Assembly (NCBI GenBank): GCA_051362555.1 | Contig: CM120641.1 | Coordinates: 2,294,001 to 2,358,000 of the forward strand | Length of the DNA stretch: 64,000 nucleotides | Direction of reading: 5' to 3' | Source of the DNA: Lingula anatina | Lineage: Eukaryota; Animalia; Brachiopoda | Shown here: piece by piece, positions 63,023 to 64,000 of the stretch | How the letters are laid out: every line of letters begins with the position of its first letter | Numbering within the stretch: the first letter of the stretch is position 1 | The notes under the pieces: generated by a model | What the model saw: the letters and a program-made list of their open reading frames with translations, nothing else | The model's database searches: none | What the model was told of the DNA's origin: nothing | Position numbers and translations under genes: made by a program

Positions 63023-64000
63023 AGTTAAACAGTTTTTTGTGAAAATTTAATTTTTCACATATTGGCATTTTCAAGGTGTGACTTTAAAGTTCCATGATCT
63101 TGAAGACTTTTGCTTGTCACATTTTCTGAATGTCCATGTTACTAATATTTTATTAATAACATTTGATTGTCATTATGCTGTTAAACATTATGTAATGTTG
63201 CATCAAAATTTGAAGAAACCCCTATTTTGGGCACTGCTCCTATGATGACCATTTAAGGGAAATCATGTCACTTACTGTTCTCAAACTTACAGGAAAGAAA
63301 CATGGGTCTAACATACAGCTTCAATAGGCAACGCAGTCTGTTTGGTAAATTTTTCTGGCAATTTAACAGTTTTTTGTGAAAATTTAATTTTTCACTTATT
63401 TGCATCTTTATTTTCTGTTCTTTGTCTGTACATTTGACAGCTTTGCTGCCTTGTTATTACTAGTAGGTTCAATGACACATAAATGTACATACATATACAA
63501 ACCTCCATGTGTAGTTGTACACATGGGCATTAAATACACACCAAAAAAATGTAGATCTATCCTATTGTTCTTCGTGTTTCATTTGTGCAGTAAAAGGGAG
63601 CTGCTGAAATGTTTTTTATGCTAATTATTTACAGAATGTTTCTGTTTTTCTTTTGCATATTTAATCAGGAACTCCCAGAGCTTAATTCAAATGTCTATAT
63701 ACTCAGTAACACATATGCACACCCACGCACTTATTACAATTTGACTTTGTTTATTCTTCCAGAAAAACAGCTAACATTGCTTCAAAACCACCTGGCAGAA
63801 AGATACAACCGTGAGATGAGCTGTGTGCAGCGGATCCCCTGGGATGATACAGACACCATGAACATTGATGATGTGTTTGTAGATCTGTCTCTCATCCAAG
63901 AACAAAAGGAAGGTGGTGGCGTCAAAAAGGAATCACTCGAGTCTTACCAGGATATCTTCAAACCAGAAATAAGACGGAAAAGAATCATTGTCAGAGGTAA
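57779..64000 (+). CDS. Second HEPN(DZIP3)-NACHT NLR-like gene; partial, runs off the window
   Basis: Exon 57779-58571 (HEPN, RNSLAH; acceptor AG at 57771-57772), phase-1 intron 58572-63762, then an exon from 63763 encoding EKQLTLLQNHLAERYNREMSCVQRIPWD..KRIIVRG, just before Walker A. Confidence 0.88.
60268..60492 (+). mobile_element. Small DINE/Helentron-type element
   Basis: Starts tttacctc..ggaggttatattttcacc..gtttgtctgtc and ends ccttggcagaggtctgcactctc..ttctagttt, the typical subterminal-IR layout of this group. Confidence 0.55.
61254..62160 (+). repeat. Tandem satellite with a 161-bp monomer, about 5.6 copies
   Basis: caggtcaagttcg starts at 61254, 61415, 61582, 61743, 61904 and 62065. 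Spacing is 161 bp except one of 167. Confidence 0.95.

Larger units (their letters stand above)
58636..63440 (+). repeat. HINE-like repeat units filling the NLR intron
   Basis: Same palindromic head at about 58636 and 61174, and the same downstream modules as 53.8-56.7 kb. (TA)n at about 60177-60224 and poly(T) at about 62984-63020. Confidence 0.75.

Overview
This is AT-rich, intron-containing animal DNA, most likely from a marine invertebrate; that assignment is inferred from the gene and repeat families. It looks like a repeat-rich, immune-type gene cluster. (1) 0.3-18.7 kb: four tandem minus-strand, 4-exon genes encoding signal peptide + PAN/Apple + two AbfB/CBM42-like beta-trefoil domains, with patchwork gene-conversion signals. 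(2) 23.7-31.7 kb and 57.8-64 kb: NLR-like genes with an N-terminal DZIP3-type HEPN domain (intact RNSLAH motif), NACHT and LRRs. One is complete, one is a truncated pseudogene and one runs off the window. (3) 34.3-35.0 kb: the last two exons of ribosomal protein SA, with their intron, but no upstream exons in the window. (4) 40089-52477: a Polinton/Maverick bounded by AGTAGT termini and a 6-bp TGCACC target duplication. It carries a disrupted C2H2-zinc-finger-fused pPolB, an intact BIR-domain ORF and an integrase remnant. It sits inside a Tc1-derived palindrome and itself contains a foldback element. (5) Many LINE, SINE, MITE and Helentron-type repeats, including a 161-bp satellite. All family calls come from motif recognition by eye; no database searches were run.
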